A DNA stretch of 36,865 nucleotides. Origin: a virus (Duplodnaviria > Caudoviricetes). The DNA lies in the IMG/VR virus record IMGVR_UViG_3300036888_000010, positions 1 through 36,865 of that record; one strand, written 5' to 3'. Every line of letters starts with the position of its first letter. The first letter of the stretch is position 1. The notes beneath the pieces were generated by a model. It did not search any database. It was given only the letters and a program-made list of their open reading frames with translations, and was not told the origin of the DNA. Of the stretch, positions 35,241-36,865 are shown in pieces. The translations under genes were made by a program, and so were the position numbers.

Positions 35241-35561
35241 ATGAAATACGGAATCCGCACATCGAATGGAGATGAACAAATCGGCCAGGTTCTTCCCAAC
35301 TCTTTCCATGAGCCGATCTCCTGTGATTGGGTGGAAGAGCTTACTGAACTTGATGGCACCTGCTGTTTTGAGATTTCCGATGATTCTGAAGAGAAAATTG
35401 CTGAAGGCATCCGGGCTTGCCGCTCTTTTTGGCCATCAACTGAATCGTATTTGCTTATTTCTGGCGAGCGTGAGGGCGATGCAGCCCGCGATGGCGGATT
35501 GCCCGAGGATGGAGCAATTTTGATTCGGAAAGCGCAAGTAATGCGCATCTTGGCGAACTAG
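35241..35561 (+). CDS. acidic hypothetical protein
   Basis: GGAGGGG RBS; 106 aa from ATG 35241. Confidence 0.7.
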   Translation: MKYGIRTSNGDEQIGQVLPNSFHEPISCDWVEELTELDGTCCFEISDDSEEKIAEGIRACRSFWPSTESYLLISGEREGDAARDGGLPEDGAILIRKAQVMRILAN

Positions 35562-35807
35562 ATGGGAAGGCCGAAAAAACCGGACTCTCTCACCGGGAAG
35601 GAACGCCAAGCAAAGTATCGCTTGAATCACCCCGGTAAATGCGCTGCCGAGCAAAAGAGGCGGAGAGCACTCCGGCAATACGATAAGAAGTGCTCCATTT
35701 GCGATGAGGCACCAAAAACCGGCTTCAAAAAGTGCGCACGCCACCTCGAGGCGCAACAATTAGCTGTAGCAAAATTCAGATGGCGGAAACGGGTCCGGGC
35801 GGAATAG
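35562..35807 (+). CDS. basic putative DNA-binding protein with a CxxC...CxxH finger
   Basis: MGRPKKPDSLTGKERQAKYR; CSIC...CARH; abuts the upstream stop. Confidence 0.6.
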   Translation: MGRPKKPDSLTGKERQAKYRLNHPGKCAAEQKRRRALRQYDKKCSICDEAPKTGFKKCARHLEAQQLAVAKFRWRKRVRAE

Positions 35808-35898
35808 GCTCCGCCGCTCCGATCCTACGGTAAGCGGTGCACAATGTGGGACGACAGTACTTTAGTCATTTTTTTCTCGGATTTGGCTCACTTTTTTC

Positions 35899-35927
35899 TT
35901 GACACGCCATTTTGGTCGGCGCATAGT
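35899..35927 (+). promoter_or_regulatory. sigma70 promoter
   Basis: TTGACA-N17-CATAGT. Confidence 0.6.
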
Positions 35928-35972
35928 GGTTGTGTTGTTAGAGGCAACCAGCCTCATGGAGGGAGACCTAAA

Positions 35973-36197
35973 ATGATCACCAAAACAGAGCAGAACTGGC
36001 AACCAGGCAGCATTGTCAAGATCGGCTTTATGAATCTAATGGTTCAAGCCCACATTCCAACCCCCAAAAACTACCGCCCAGATGCTTACCTGTTAACCAG
36101 CGCAAAAGGGCAGAACTATATTTTCGTTCCCCATTGGGGGATCGAGAAATACGACGGAGACACCTCGCTTGAGGCCATCCAATCTGCTCTCGCTTGA
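35973..36197 (+). CDS. small conserved phage protein
   Basis: GGAGGGAG RBS; MITKTEQNWQPGSIVKIGF...PDAYLL...YIFVPHWGI. Confidence 0.7.
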   Translation: MITKTEQNWQPGSIVKIGFMNLMVQAHIPTPKNYRPDAYLLTSAKGQNYIFVPHWGIEKYDGDTSLEAIQSALA

Positions 36198-36296
36198 TCT
36201 TCCCCGAGCCGGTCTCCACGGCAAGCGGAGCGTCAAGCTGGTAACTTGGGCCGGTACGTAACCCGCCAGAAAGCCTTAGACAACAGGGAGACTAAT

Positions 36297-36865
36297 ATGT
36301 GTAAATTTGCCAGCTTCGTCCTGACGAAAGATCGCGAATTTTGGCTTGACGAGTCGAATTCGCATTCCGCGATCATCGGTAAACACAACCTGAATGAGTG
36401 GGGCACGAGAGGCCCCAATGTTATCAAAGTCGAGATTTCGCCAACCGACAAGATCAAGACGTGGCCGAGTCTCAAGCAATGGGCGTTTCGCATCGATCAG
36501 GATGTGCTCCCGGAGTGGCACGACCCAGCGGTAACAGAGGCGCGGACGCGCGCAGCGCTGGCGCGGCGCTATAAGGCTGGGGTTAAGATCGTTGACGCCA
36601 GCGGCTGCACGTCGCTGACCTCGCTCAAGGCCGATTCGGCTGAGGCCGTGTATGCCAGCGGCTGCACGTCGCTGACCTCGCTGAAGGCCGATGCGGCTAA
36701 GACCGTGTATGCCAGCGACTGCCCGGCGCTGACCTCACTCAAGGCTGATGCGGCTGAGCACGTGTACGCCAGCGGCTGCACGTCGCTGACCTCGCTCAAG
36801 GCCGATTCGGCTAAGGCCGTTGACGTACACGGCTCCACGTCGCTGACCTCGCTGAAGGCCGATTC
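36297..36865 (+). CDS. LRR-like 19-aa-repeat protein, 3' truncated by the window end; not in the ORF track
   Basis: AGGGAG RBS; open frame MCKFASFVLTKDREFW...IDQDVLPEW followed by (V[DY]ASGCTSLTSLKADxAxx)n to the end. Confidence 0.8.
   Translation, partial: MCKFASFVLTKDREFWLDESNSHSAIIGKHNLNEWGTRGPNVIKVEISPTDKIKTWPSLKQWAFRIDQDVLPEWHDPAVTEARTRAALARRYKAGVKIVDASGCTSLTSLKADSAEAVYASGCTSLTSLKADAAKTVYASDCPALTSLKADAAEHVYASGCTSLTSLKADSAKAVDVHGSTSLTSLKAD
36591..36865 (+). repeat. 57-bp in-frame tandem repeat, at least 4.8 copies
   Basis: Units start at 36591, 36648, 36705, 36762 and 36819. Confidence 0.92.

Larger units (their letters stand above)
1..36865. mobile_element. P22-like podovirus phage/prophage genome segment
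   Basis: Syntenic terS-terL-portal-scaffold-coat-gp4-gp10-tail-GNAT-ejection-lysis module; dense ATGA/TAATG gene overlaps; no host housekeeping genes. Confidence 0.95.

Noticed and set aside
36569-36838. Minus-strand 89-aa repeat ORF
   Set aside because: Antisense shadow of the + strand repeat gene, which has an RBS and a long open frame
36591-36865. Repeat array as a CRISPR array
   Set aside because: Contiguous 57-bp in-frame coding units with no unique spacers and no cas genes

Overview
The whole window is part of a tailed dsDNA phage or prophage genome with P22-like (podovirus) morphogenesis genes. The host may be Acidobacteriota-like, a weak inference from signal-peptide style and surface-protein domains. 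Bases 134-3649 (+) hold a tightly coupled run of small accessory genes, including a C39-like peptidase, HTH proteins, a HigA-like protein and RusA. Bases 3567-34854 (-) form the late operon: small and large terminase, portal, scaffold, P22-type coat, a decoration-type protein, gp4-like and gp10-like tail proteins, tail fibre/spikes, a GNAT, three ejection proteins, a 1360-aa adhesin-like protein, lysis genes and a metallophosphoesterase cluster. Bases 35193-end (+) are divergent genes behind sigma70-like promoters, ending in a 19-aa-repeat protein cut off by the window edge. The most striking pattern is that five outer or peripheral proteins in the late operon begin with Sec-type signal peptides and carry paired cysteines, while the core head and tail proteins do not. 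This suggests split cytoplasmic/periplasmic virion assembly. No integrase, tRNA, rRNA or CRISPR array was seen. All homology calls come from motif recognition and gene order, not database searches.
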